Shown here: positions 8,027 through 16,372 of the stretch, piece after piece
Position numbering within the stretch: the first letter of the stretch is position 1
Layout of the letters: every line of letters begins with the position of its first letter
Origin: a virus
DNA: 38,207 nt
UHGV virus genome: UHGV-0368255
Strand: one strand, 5' to 3'
Position numbers and translations under genes: made by a program
The notes under the pieces: generated by a model
The model's input: only the letters and a program-made list of their open reading frames with translations
The model's database searches: none
Told to the model about the DNA's origin: nothing

Positions 8027-8773
8027 TTAGAATGGTGCTTTTGATTGTCTATTAGCTCGTTCTAGCGCTTTTTTCTTAAGATAGGCTTCTTGGTCGATTG
8101 CCCATTCAGGAAGCTTCTCTCGTCTTCCTGTGCGCTTGTGTCCACTGCTTGCGTTCTTAGATTCACTTTTTTCTTTTCTTGCCCAGCTTCGAATAGTTGC
8201 TAAATAGTTTTTATAGGTCTTACCTGATGATTCACAATACTCAGATAGCCGTTCTATTCGCTCTTGGTAGTCATTAGGGAATTCTGTTTTGAGTTTCTCC
8301 ATCTGCTCATCTGACAAAAGAACATTTTTATACTCTCCGTATTTATGACGGATGGGCTTAGCCTTCGATTTTTTCGAAGGCGGTAACTCTCTTATATATT
8401 CTTTTGTATTATTAAATGTATTATTAATAGATGTATTATTATCTTGATAGATTTCTTGGTGACCCCTCACCAAATTTTCTTGGTGACCCCCACCAAGAAT
8501 TCTTATATACCTAGCCTCGATTTCTTTACTACCCTCTTTGTACTTAACTTCTCTATAGATATAGCCCTTTTCTTCAAGTGACTTTAGCCAATTCTGAATG
8601 GTTGGTTTGCTTACTTTATATTGATTGGCAAAGTACTCATTGCTAGCCCAGCAATAACCTTTCTCATTACATAGAGCTGTGATTTCTCCATAAAGAAGTT
8701 TTGCACTAGGTATCAAAGAATCGTCATATCTAACATTTGCAGGTATGATGGCGTAATAACTTCTGTGATCCAC
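8027..8773 (-). CDS. replisome organizer / replication initiator (N-terminal winged-HTH, C-terminal DnaD-like domain)
   Basis: N-terminal LLYGEITALCNEKGYCWASNEYFANQYKVSKPTIQNWLKSLEEKGYI. C-terminal YKNYLATIRSWARK resembles the DnaD domain. Contains an internal iteron cluster. Confidence 0.65.
   Translation of the reverse strand: MDHRSYYAIIPANVRYDDSLIPSAKLLYGEITALCNEKGYCWASNEYFANQYKVSKPTIQNWLKSLEEKGYIYREVKYKEGSKEIEARYIRILGGGHQENLVRGHQEIYQDNNTSINNTFNNTKEYIRELPPSKKSKAKPIRHKYGEYKNVLLSDEQMEKLKTEFPNDYQERIERLSEYCESSGKTYKNYLATIRSWARKEKSESKNASSGHKRTGRREKLPEWAIDQEAYLKKKALERANRQSKAPF
8410..8500. repeat. putative origin of replication inside the replisome organizer gene: AT-rich direct repeats (ATGTATTATTA x2) plus two tandem palindromic iterons TTTCTTGGTGACCCC(T)CACCAA
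   Basis: 8452..8473 and 8476..8497 are near-identical 22-mers. Each contains an inverted repeat TTGGTGA-CCCC-TCACCAA. An AT-rich repeat lies 8416..8440. Confidence 0.55.
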
Positions 8774-8776
8774 TTT

Positions 8777-9463
8777 TTATCCTCCAATTCTTAATTTCTT
8801 GATTGTCTCCTGATTTAACTTGATCCCTTTGATTTGATACTTATTTTTGAAATTGATCACACCTATTTTGTGTTTCTCTGTGTGATGAATCCTGCAGAGT
8901 GCTGCAAATGTGTACTCTGAATGATCAACTTCTTTGCGCTTTCGTCTTCCTAGCGCTTTGTCAAAGTGATCGATGTCAGCTCCTGTTTTGCCACAGATGC
9001 AGCAGACTCTTTTTGTGATGCATTTGTAGAAGTAATATTCTTGATTCGCTGGTAAAATCTCATAGCCTTCTTTGAAAGGAATATGATGTTCAAAGATGAA
9101 ATCTAAGATGATATTTGCTAAGACGTTAGCATCACTCACGGTTGTATTCGATTCGTCTTTGAGGCTTATTTTGCGCCCTGTGACGCCTTCAAAACGGAAG
9201 TAGAAGAATTCCTTCCAGAAGTCCGTTGGCATCCCTGTATCGATGAAAATATCGCCTATGAGCGCATAGATGAAGTTTCGTTGCTGTGCGGTGAACCGAC
9301 GTGGATCAATAAAACGAATTTCAATGATTCGATCGCCATCATAGCCGTCATACATCGTTTTCAGCCGTTCGATATTTACTTCTTCGTTGATTGTTGCACC
9401 AATGTCGTTACCTTTAAATTTCTTTAGTACCGCCGAGTATGAATCTATTAGTGGTTTAAACAC
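8777..9463 (-). CDS. phage protein with a C-terminal HNH-like zinc-finger nuclease motif
   Basis: CCICGK...DIDHFD...HSEYTFAALCRIHHTEKH (CxxC ... H ... CxxHH) is HNH-type. Confidence 0.45.
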   Translation of the reverse strand: MFKPLIDSYSAVLKKFKGNDIGATINEEVNIERLKTMYDGYDGDRIIEIRFIDPRRFTAQQRNFIYALIGDIFIDTGMPTDFWKEFFYFRFEGVTGRKISLKDESNTTVSDANVLANIILDFIFEHHIPFKEGYEILPANQEYYFYKCITKRVCCICGKTGADIDHFDKALGRRKRKEVDHSEYTFAALCRIHHTEKHKIGVINFKNKYQIKGIKLNQETIKKLRIGG

Positions 9464-9468
9464 TCATA

Positions 9469-10203
9469 TCACTTCTCTTTTGTTTCTTCTCTGTACTGAT
9501 CTTCAAGCCAATTAACGCCTCGTTTTAGAATGCCCAAGTCTCTCTTGGTCCATTTACTGTCATCAGCGGTTATAGAAGCCGCATCAGTCAATGCAACAAT
9601 TGCTTCATCAATTGATTTTTCGTACTTGTTAGCAACCAGTTGTAAAGCATCCAAGAATAGCTTTTTGCTTCTTTGAGTAGCTGGTTCAAGCATCGAGACG
9701 TCTTCTGGCATATCTTCACCAGCAAATATATATAGCCCTAGCCCAAACATTGCTAGATTTTTTACAAGACAGCGCATGATCGTTTTGTTGATATCAAACA
9801 TAGTTGCTGCTTCAACTCGCTTTTCGATTTTTCCAACAATCTCTTTTTTCTTCGTTTCGTTATTCCACTGATAATCATTGACTTCGTAGGTATATGGCTC
9901 ATCTTTCATTGCCTTGTTTGCACCATCCATGACTGGTAACCACATGTCACGCTTTACTCCGTTGACTGTGATACTGGTAAAAACCATATAGCCTGTTTTT
10001 TCATCAAAGAGGTATGGACGATGCGTTTCTGGATCACGATAGATTTCGTAGTCTACTTCTTCGCAGATTTTGCTGACTTCTGCCCATGCCCATGCCCAGG
10101 ACAGATAAGTTAGTTTGTTTCTTTTTTCAACAACATCATTGACGGTTATCTTGTACAAACTATTGAATAATTTGTTATCGTTGCGTTTCGTTCCTTCACT
10201 CAT
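9469..10203 (-). CDS. DUF1071-like protein, putative single-strand annealing protein (Rad52/Sak-like)
   Basis: LTYLSWAWAWAEV and a hydrophobic LAMFGLGLYIFAGEDMP segment. Its position between the Cro/Ant genes and the replication initiator matches recombinase modules. Start moved to the ATG at 10203, which has a GGAGG RBS. Confidence 0.4.
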   Translation of the reverse strand: MSEGTKRNDNKLFNSLYKITVNDVVEKRNKLTYLSWAWAWAEVSKICEEVDYEIYRDPETHRPYLFDEKTGYMVFTSITVNGVKRDMWLPVMDGANKAMKDEPYTYEVNDYQWNNETKKKEIVGKIEKRVEAATMFDINKTIMRCLVKNLAMFGLGLYIFAGEDMPEDVSMLEPATQRSKKLFLDALQLVANKYEKSIDEAIVALTDAASITADDSKWTKRDLGILKRGVNWLEDQYREETKEK

Positions 10204-10537
10204 CAAATTCTGCCTCCATTTCAGCAATGTATTTCTTACCTGATCCGTAATAAGAGATATCAATCAAGTTATCTCTGTCGTACTCTTCTAGCGCGTCAAT
10301 CAAGCCATCTTCGATGACATAGATGTATTCAGGTTTGTTTGAATGTTTTGATAGATGGATAAGATAGACATGATCCCAAATACTCACAAAATTGCCCAAA
10401 TCGTCTTGATCACATGCTAGTTGTTCATCCGTCAAAAGATTACGTCTGATTTTTCGATTGCTTGTTTCCTTGATATTCGATTTGCCCCAACTAGGATCAG
10501 TCAAATATTGATCTAGAGTGGAAAGTTCTTTTTCCAT
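10196..10537 (-). CDS. hypothetical protein
   Basis: 113 aa ORF. Confidence 0.4.
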   Translation of the reverse strand: MEKELSTLDQYLTDPSWGKSNIKETSNRKIRRNLLTDEQLACDQDDLGNFVSIWDHVYLIHLSKHSNKPEYIYVIEDGLIDALEEYDRDNLIDISYYGSGKKYIAEMEAEFDE

Positions 10538-10592
10538 GTGGTAACATCTCCTTAGATGTATTTTCTTTGTGACTCTATGCTTGCCGGCGGAG

Positions 10593-10721
10593 TCACTTTT
10601 TTATTTGTTGCCATGCTTTTTGCTTTTCGATATGCTGCTTGCTTAAAATAATAGGACGGTTATTGGTCCACCAATTATCAGCAATCACTTTACCGATTTT
10701 TAGCGCTTCTTCTCGTGCCAT
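10593..10721 (-). CDS. small hypothetical protein (42 aa; MAREEALKIGKVIADNWWTNNRPIILSKQHIEKQKAWQQIKK)
   Basis: GAAAGGAG RBS. Not in the track because it is under 60 aa. Confidence 0.3.
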   Translation of the reverse strand: MAREEALKIGKVIADNWWTNNRPIILSKQHIEKQKAWQQIKK

Positions 10722-10863
10722 AGTTGCTCCTTTCTTTTGAATCAAGCAGATTGATTAAAACCATCAATGCTGCGAACAAACTTCCCCCGATAATACTTTG
10801 GTGTGCTACTATCACTAATAGCCCTAGGATGAATCCTATAAAAAGTGTGTCTGTCTTCTTCAT
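10690..10863 (-). CDS. small hydrophobic protein (57 aa, one TM helix)
   Basis: MKKTDTLFIGFILGLLVIVAHQSIIGGSLFAALMVLINLL... ATG overlaps the upstream stop codon (ATGA). GGGAG RBS. Confidence 0.3.
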   Translation of the reverse strand: MKKTDTLFIGFILGLLVIVAHQSIIGGSLFAALMVLINLLDSKERSNYGTRRSAKNR

Positions 10864-11048
10864 AATCTAATCTCCCTATTTTTTATTTCTAGCATTCTCA
10901 AATCCTCAAGTTCAGAAGCGATTAGTTCAGCTTGTCTATCTGATAGCTCATCGGCTTTTCTAAGCGCTTCACGATCATCTTGTAATTGTTTCCTGCGTTG
11001 TTTAATCAAACGGAGAATTTGATGTTCTTGTTGCAATGTGTAGGACAT
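10860..11048 (-). CDS. hypothetical coiled-coil protein
   Basis: 62 aa, charged and helical. Confidence 0.4.
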   Translation of the reverse strand: MSYTLQQEHQILRLIKQRRKQLQDDREALRKADELSDRQAELIASELEDLRMLEIKNREIRL

Positions 11049-11068
11049 AAAATCATTCTCCTTTGCCT

Positions 11069-11353
11069 TTAGAACTCAAAGTTTTCTTTCAAAAATCTTT
11101 GGAGCTCCGATCGTTCAATTCTGATGTCTAACTTACTCCACTGCTGTGTTTTTAAGCCTAGGTTTATCCAATGTGTTAATTTGTCATCACCAATGCCTAA
11201 AACTTTTTTTACCTCTGATTTGTTTGGATATGGAGGAAGCTCCACTGATTTGTTCATAAGGCGCAATCGTTCGTCCAACGAATTAAGCACAGCATTCGTA
11301 ATCTGTGTAGTTAATTCTGAAACTACTAAATTATCTGGAATTGTTATTTGCAT
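11069..11353 (-). CDS. hypothetical early protein
   Basis: 94 aa. Confidence 0.4.
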   Translation of the reverse strand: MQITIPDNLVVSELTTQITNAVLNSLDERLRLMNKSVELPPYPNKSEVKKVLGIGDDKLTHWINLGLKTQQWSKLDIRIERSELQRFLKENFEF

Positions 11354-11543
11354 AATTTTTCTCCTTTTCTAATTCTGCTAGCACTGCCTCAATTGGCTTG
11401 ATTTGTTTATCTGGCTTTCTACGTCCATTCATAATATCCGACATGTATGCTGTTGAAATACCAAGCTTTTCAGCTAACCAAGCTTGACTCTTGTCATGCG
11501 TAGCTAGCGCCACACGCACTTTTAAAATGAAGTCCTGCGACAT
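11331..11543 (-). CDS. XRE-family HTH regulator (Cro-like)
   Basis: QAWLAEKLGISTAYMSDIMNGRRKP is a canonical HTH_3. First minus-strand regulator of the early operon. Confidence 0.65.
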   Translation of the reverse strand: MSQDFILKVRVALATHDKSQAWLAEKLGISTAYMSDIMNGRRKPDKQIKPIEAVLAELEKEKNYANNNSR

Positions 11544-11545
11544 AA

Positions 11546-12319
11546 CTATCTCTCCTCTAATAGATCAATTTCTGGAAGATATCCTTCTTTTTTTAGTAAT
11601 TCGTAGATAAATAGACGTCCTTTTTGAGTCCATTTAGTATTCATCACAACTTTTGTTCCGCCATCAGATTTCGGAATCTCAGTTGTATGAGATTTTGTAT
11701 ATCCTTGTCTCATATGTTTCTTGCATAATACCCATTGGTTGCCTACTTTTTTCTGAATACCTAGTTTATGAAGTAGTTTGTTCATCTGTTGCGGAGACAT
11801 CCCATAATCTGCTGCAATCTGACTAATTGTTACTGAATCTGTAGAAGATAAGATACTATCCAAATACGAAATTTTGGGTTCGTATTCTGCAATTTTTTGT
11901 TCTGCGATTAGTCTTCCAGTACGTTCTTCTTTCAACTTAGTTGCTAATTGGATGATTGTATCTGGATTAAGCAAGGCTTCTTCTACTTTTTCTGGAGTTA
12001 GATAACCTCCATGTTTTCTAATTGCTGGCAACACTTCGCTTGTTACCCAACGTTTGAATTTTTTAGCATTAGTTAACTTGGATTTGAGTATTAAGCTATA
12101 AAGACCCGATTCGTTAATCAAAACAACTGCTGTTCCATTGACGGTGAACGAATCGTTCTGCGTCTTATCCTCCAAGTCCACATGATCTCGAATAGCTTTT
12201 TGCGGATTCGAATATCCTAGAATGTCTGCTATGTCTTTTCCTACAAAAAATGGTTCATCATCGATTGTCATTGTTCGTACTTCATGTTGTTCAAAGTTAA
12301 AAATTTGCGGTGTGTTCAT
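11546..12319 (-). CDS. ant: phage antirepressor (Bro-N / KilAC-type)
   Basis: N-terminal Bro-N-like FNFEQHEVRTMTIDDEPFFVGKDIADILGY. C-terminal KilA/ORF6C-like region. Confidence 0.7.
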   Translation of the reverse strand: MNTPQIFNFEQHEVRTMTIDDEPFFVGKDIADILGYSNPQKAIRDHVDLEDKTQNDSFTVNGTAVVLINESGLYSLILKSKLTNAKKFKRWVTSEVLPAIRKHGGYLTPEKVEEALLNPDTIIQLATKLKEERTGRLIAEQKIAEYEPKISYLDSILSSTDSVTISQIAADYGMSPQQMNKLLHKLGIQKKVGNQWVLCKKHMRQGYTKSHTTEIPKSDGGTKVVMNTKWTQKGRLFIYELLKKEGYLPEIDLLEER

Positions 12320-12375
12320 TTTTGCTCATTCCTTTCTTTGATATAATTTTGAATAGAAAGCGAGGTGAAAATAGT

Positions 12376-12597
12376 ATGGAAGAATTTAATATGGATGTCG
12401 ACGCCTTATTCAAACAAACCGTATTCAAGACTGTTAATAAAGAATTCAAAATAGATTTCCAAAATGACGAATCTTTTCCAACAGAAATTGAATTATTCGA
12501 AGAACTTTCTCAGAGCGTTTCTGAGTCTTTTTCTCGTCAGTTGCAAAAGAATTTTTTTGATGCTCTTGTGGATGAATTTCATCAACAACAGCACTAA
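12376..12597 (+). CDS. small, highly acidic protein (73 aa, net charge about -10)
   Basis: GAGGTGA RBS. Own extended -10 promoter (TGATATAAT, 12339..12347). Own terminator. Confidence 0.5.
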   Translation: MEEFNMDVDALFKQTVFKTVNKEFKIDFQNDESFPTEIELFEELSQSVSESFSRQLQKNFFDALVDEFHQQQH

Positions 12598-12627
12598 ACT
12601 TTTGGTCTTTAAAATTTAAAGTTATTA

Positions 12628-12660
12628 AAGCTCCTTTTGCGGAAGGAGTTTTTTTATTTT
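12628..12660 (+). terminator. intrinsic terminator (CTCCTT-ttgcgg-AAGGAG then T8)
   Basis: Hairpin 12631..12648 followed by a T-run 12649..12660. Confidence 0.6.
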
Positions 12661-12772
12661 GTTTCATGATGTTTCCTCCTATTGAATACAAACAATAAAT
12701 CTAGTCAATTTGTTGAATACGTTAGGGATAACGGAATACCATTAGACCCAACTTCGATTTCAAAAGCTGTAA

Positions 12773-12961
12773 TTAATTTTCTGTACTTTGTTTTTCGTAA
12801 GAAGCCGCAACAAAACTTAAGTTGACTATCACTTGTTCAGGTGATAGTTCTTCTATTTTTACAGAATCTTCAATTACAAACTCCAACTTAAATCCATCAA
12901 TGTAAACAGCCTTTTCTGTTTCAACGACTTTATGACTTGGTTTTGGATACTCAAGAGACAT
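12773..12961 (-). CDS. hypothetical acidic protein
   Basis: 62 aa. Shares its 30-nt upstream leader with ant. Confidence 0.4.
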   Translation of the reverse strand: MSLEYPKPSHKVVETEKAVYIDGFKLEFVIEDSVKIEELSPEQVIVNLSFVAASYEKQSTEN

Positions 12962-13037
12962 TTGCTCATCCCTTTCTTTGGTATAATTTTCTTATCAGTA
13001 AGTGGTCTACTGAAATAATGAATAAGGTGGTGAAAAA

Positions 13038-13454
13038 ATGAAATTTGATTCAACCATGACTTTTGCACTAATAATTTCTATCACTTCTTTGGTTTCTCCG
13101 ATTATCGTAGCGGTGATCAATAATAAGCACTTAACGAAAATCAAAGAAATGGAAATCAATCAAGAAAATTTTAAAAACATAAGTCTCCATAAACGAGAAC
13201 TGTTCGAAAGGTTTCTTTATCTAATTGGAGAATTTTCTTATGAAAATACACAAACAGAAATACCAGAGTTATTGACTAGCTATTACTTGATCCTGCCCTA
13301 TATCCCAAAAGAAAAAACTGTTTATTTCAGGACATTTGCTAATCAAATTGCTAAACAAGATTTTGAAACTGATCATTCAGTATTCGCAAACTTACTACAC
13401 GATGAAATTATCCCAACTATTAAAACTGAACTTGATAAAGTGCAAATAAAGTAA
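13038..13454 (+). CDS. N-terminally membrane-anchored protein, candidate superinfection-exclusion protein
   Basis: 138 aa. TM helix FALIISITSLVSPIIVAVI. AAGGTGGTGA RBS. Second copy of the extended -10 promoter (TGGTATAAT, 12980..12988). Confidence 0.5.
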   Translation: MKFDSTMTFALIISITSLVSPIIVAVINNKHLTKIKEMEINQENFKNISLHKRELFERFLYLIGEFSYENTQTEIPELLTSYYLILPYIPKEKTVYFRTFANQIAKQDFETDHSVFANLLHDEIIPTIKTELDKVQIK

Positions 13455-13592
13455 AAATAATTGCTACAAATACCATGTATATCACGTAGTTTTTAACACT
13501 ATCTTTTGTAATTCGTTTCATGATATAAGCAAAACATGGCAATAGTAACCAGATCACAAAAATATACATGAAGCTTGATATTAATTTGGACA
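13420..13592 (-). CDS. small membrane protein (57 aa, two predicted TM helices)
   Basis: AAGGAG RBS 7 nt upstream of the ATG at 13592. First ORF downstream of the leftward early promoter. Confidence 0.4.
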
Positions 13593-13799
13593 TATCTTCA
13601 CTCCTTTCTTGTAACGATTTAAAAATAATCAAAACTCTGCTATTACATTCGTTTCAGATCCTAACGCCAAACTAATTTTTCAATAATTTGATCGCTTACC
13701 TGTTGCTCCTTGCTACTACCAATAGCCTGGAGCAATTTTTTACTTCTTCTGGCGTTGCTTCTATTGTGATTTCATATGTTTACCTCCTCAATTTTTTGT

Positions 13800-14060
13800 A
13801 AGCTAATAAAATTAGCTAATTTTATTGACACTTTCTACAAAGTTTTGTAGAATAAGTGCAGAGTTAAATAAGCGCAGAATTACCCTATAAATTAAAATTC
13901 TAAGTTTCCCGACCTCGAATTTGTTTATTTTATTAGGTGTCTTTCTTATTGCTTGTTAGCTTATTAAATTAGCTTACGAACATATATTATTATAAAGTTT
14001 TGTAGATGTCAACAGTTATCTACAAAGTTTTTTAGATGTGTTTTAGGCATGATTGGAGAA
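13800..14060. promoter_or_regulatory. genetic switch region: divergent promoters plus two families of operator palindromes
   Basis: Rightward TTGACA(13825..13830)-17-TAGAAT(13848..13853). Leftward TTGACA (complement of 14007..14012). Family A operators: CTACAAAGTTTTGTAG (13835..13850) and the AAAGTTTTGTAGAT / ATCTACAAAGTTTT pair (13995..14031). Family B: AGCTAAT-AAA-ATTAGCTAAT (13801..13820) and TTAGCTTATTAAATTAGCTTAC (13956..13977). Confidence 0.6.
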
Positions 14061-14068
14061 TCGTTATT

Positions 14069-14416
14069 ATGACAACATTTGAGAGAGTAAAAATGTTAGC
14101 AGATAAACACAAAATATCTATTGTCGAATTGGAGGAAAAACTTAATTTCAGTAAAAATTCACTTTATGCGTGGAAGAAAAGTAAGCCATCCATTGATAAA
14201 CTAAATGCAGTTGCTGACTATTTTAATGTCTCAACTGATTATTTGTTAGGTCGTACAGATGATCCTAACGCAGGAGTTGCACCAGAGGAAAGAAAACTAA
14301 CCGTGGAAGAAGCTTTAGCATCTGTTATGAGCAGCGACGGAAAACCACTCACCGATAATGATAGGGAAATACTATCAGCTATGATTGAAGCATATTTAGA
14401 GAAAAAAGATAATTAA
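14069..14416 (+). CDS. XRE-family HTH repressor (ImmR/CI-like)
   Basis: HTH at the N-terminus (ERVKMLADKHKISIVELEEKLNFSKNSLYAWKK). Followed directly by an ImmA-type protease. GGAG RBS before the ATG at 14069. Confidence 0.75.
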   Translation: MTTFERVKMLADKHKISIVELEEKLNFSKNSLYAWKKSKPSIDKLNAVADYFNVSTDYLLGRTDDPNAGVAPEERKLTVEEALASVMSSDGKPLTDNDREILSAMIEAYLEKKDN

Positions 14417-14424
14417 ATAAGTAG

Positions 14425-14847
14425 GTGAGTCATTTGGACAGTCAAATTGAAATGATAATTAATGAACTCGGCGTTAAGGTAGAAGAGCGTGAAAACCTTG
14501 ATGCCGATGGCCATTATGTTGCTTATATGAATACCATAGTAATAAAAGCTAATTTATCTAAGTATAGAAGACAAAGAACCTTATTACATGAATTAGGACA
14601 CGCTTCTAAACATCATGATAATTATTTTTTATATAACTTAGCATTCTCTCTCCATTCAAAAATGGAATATGAGGCTGATCGCTTCATGATTGAAAAATTA
14701 TTAGATAGATATATTGCAAAGTCTGAATTAGAACCACACAATATCAATTACATGAAATTTATAGAAGATAATAATTTAAGCGTTCGCTTCGAACCACTTG
14801 TGAAAGAATTATTAAAAGCTCGCATCTATTGTTATGCAGCTCTCTAA
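14425..14847 (+). CDS. ImmA/IrrE-family zinc metalloprotease (anti-repressor protease)
   Basis: HELGH motif. Typical genetic pairing with the XRE repressor. Confidence 0.75.
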   Translation: MSHLDSQIEMIINELGVKVEERENLDADGHYVAYMNTIVIKANLSKYRRQRTLLHELGHASKHHDNYFLYNLAFSLHSKMEYEADRFMIEKLLDRYIAKSELEPHNINYMKFIEDNNLSVRFEPLVKELLKARIYCYAAL

Positions 14848-14899
14848 AATTTTTTAAGCAAAAAAGAACATATGTTCAAAAATAGAAAGGTGAACAAAA

Positions 14900-15211
14900 A
14901 TGATATATACAGAATTCAAAGAATGGTTAGAAAAAAACACAACCGGATACGAAACATTTATCATCAAAGCTACTAATTATCAAATTGAAAAAAACAAAAA
15001 TAGACCCCCAAAAAAACGCTGGGATGATAAGAAAATAGATAAAGCTGTATTAGAAATGTGGAAACAAGTCGTGACTAACTTGTATCAAACAATTCGTAAA
15101 GAAAAAGGAGTTCCATTAATTAACGGGAAGGAAATATGGCTTGAATTTATAGAGGAACAAGGACTGATCGAATTTTTCAATGATAGCATGGCAGAATTAG
15201 AATTTGAATAG
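14900..15211 (+). CDS. hypothetical protein
   Basis: 103 aa ORF between immA and int. Confidence 0.45.
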   Translation: MIYTEFKEWLEKNTTGYETFIIKATNYQIEKNKNRPPKKRWDDKKIDKAVLEMWKQVVTNLYQTIRKEKGVPLINGKEIWLEFIEEQGLIEFFNDSMAELEFE

Positions 15212-15222
15212 GGGTAATATTG

Positions 15223-16371
15223 ATGGCAATGATAAAACAATATAAAAAGAAAAATGGCGAAAAAGCATGGTACTTTAAAACTTATCTCGGTATTGATCCG
15301 CTAACAGGAAAGAAAAAATATACTACTAAAAGAGGATTTAGAACACAAAAAGAAGCAAAAACAGCACTTTCTAGGTTAGAACTAGAATTACAAAAAACAG
15401 GAATGCCCACAAGTACAAATACTACTTTCAAAGAAGCAGCAGAATTATGGCTAGAAAGCTATAAAAAAACTGTAAAAGAAAGTTCATATTCAAGGACTAA
15501 AATAATCTTTAACAAACATATATATCCCAAATTTGGAAATATTAAGCTTTCTAAAATTAATACGGCATATTGTCAAAAGGTAGTAAATGATTGGAGTGAA
15601 AAAGGAACTTCAAAGCAGTACCCTCTTTTCATAAACTATATGAACAAAGTTTTTAAGTATGCTATAAATATTGGTTTAACATCTGATAATCCAACATTAA
15701 ATTTACTTATTCCAAAGCCACAAATTAAAACAGAAAAGAAATTAAAATTATATACAAAAGAACAGTTGGAATTATTTCTAAATGAAGTATCTCAAGAACA
15801 GAATCCATATTTTAAAAACAGAGACTATACGCTCTTTAGACTATTAGCATTCAGCGGATGTAGAATCGGCGAAATATTAGCACTCACTTGGGACAATATT
15901 AATTTTAAAACAAATGAAATGGCCATTAAAAAAACTGTAGCTCGTTCAGATAAATATTATATATCTGAAACTCCTAAAACAAAAAAATCAAATCGAATAA
16001 TTTATTTAGATGAAAAAACTATAAAGCAACTAAAATTTTGGAAGCTCGAACAAAGAAAGTACTTATTTCAATTAGGATTTACTAAAGCTAATTATTTGTT
16101 TACCAATGACGAAAATAATTTCACAATTAATCAGTCAGTGGCAGAAAGATACAATATATATCGTGAGCGTGCCGGCTTACCTTATATCGGTCTGCATGGT
16201 TTTAGACATACACATGCATCAATGCTATATGAGGCAGGCGCAGATCACAAAGAAGTCCAAGAAAGAATGGGCCACGCAAATATAAAAACTACTATGGACA
16301 CATATACACACATTACTAACAGCAAAAAAGAAGAAACAACACAAAAACTAACAAATTATATTAACTTCTAA
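15223..16371 (+). CDS. int: tyrosine site-specific integrase
   Basis: C-terminal catalytic residues R...HGFRHTHAS...Y. N-terminal arm-binding (AP2-like) region. The track start at 15220 is a TTG. The ATG at 15223 follows AGGGG. Confidence 0.85.
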   Translation: MAMIKQYKKKNGEKAWYFKTYLGIDPLTGKKKYTTKRGFRTQKEAKTALSRLELELQKTGMPTSTNTTFKEAAELWLESYKKTVKESSYSRTKIIFNKHIYPKFGNIKLSKINTAYCQKVVNDWSEKGTSKQYPLFINYMNKVFKYAINIGLTSDNPTLNLLIPKPQIKTEKKLKLYTKEQLELFLNEVSQEQNPYFKNRDYTLFRLLAFSGCRIGEILALTWDNINFKTNEMAIKKTVARSDKYYISETPKTKKSNRIIYLDEKTIKQLKFWKLEQRKYLFQLGFTKANYLFTNDENNFTINQSVAERYNIYRERAGLPYIGLHGFRHTHASMLYEAGADHKEVQERMGHANIKTTMDTYTHITNSKKEETTQKLTNYINF

Positions 16372-16372
16372 G

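Noticed and set aside
9469-10263. Track-start overlaps of 60 to 70 nt between adjacent minus-strand genes (10196..10537 with 9469..10263; 28124..30970 with 26365..28185; 7746..8015 with 7577..7801)
   Set aside because: In each case an internal ATG or GTG with a good RBS, at 10203, 28110 and 7741, removes the overlap. The long overlaps come from the longest-ORF calling rule rather than from real gene overlaps.
12446-12691. 81-aa minus-strand ORF, and the 64-aa ORF at 12874..13068
   Set aside because: They are antisense to plus-strand ORFs that have an extended -10 promoter, a strong RBS and a terminator. They lack an RBS and cross the terminator hairpin.
13767-13795. Perfect GAGGAGG RBS followed by a 3-codon mini-ORF (MKSQ*) on the minus strand, just downstream of the leftward early promoter
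   Set aside because: It is too short to be a gene. It may be a leader peptide or the remnant of a decayed first early gene. There is no further evidence either way.
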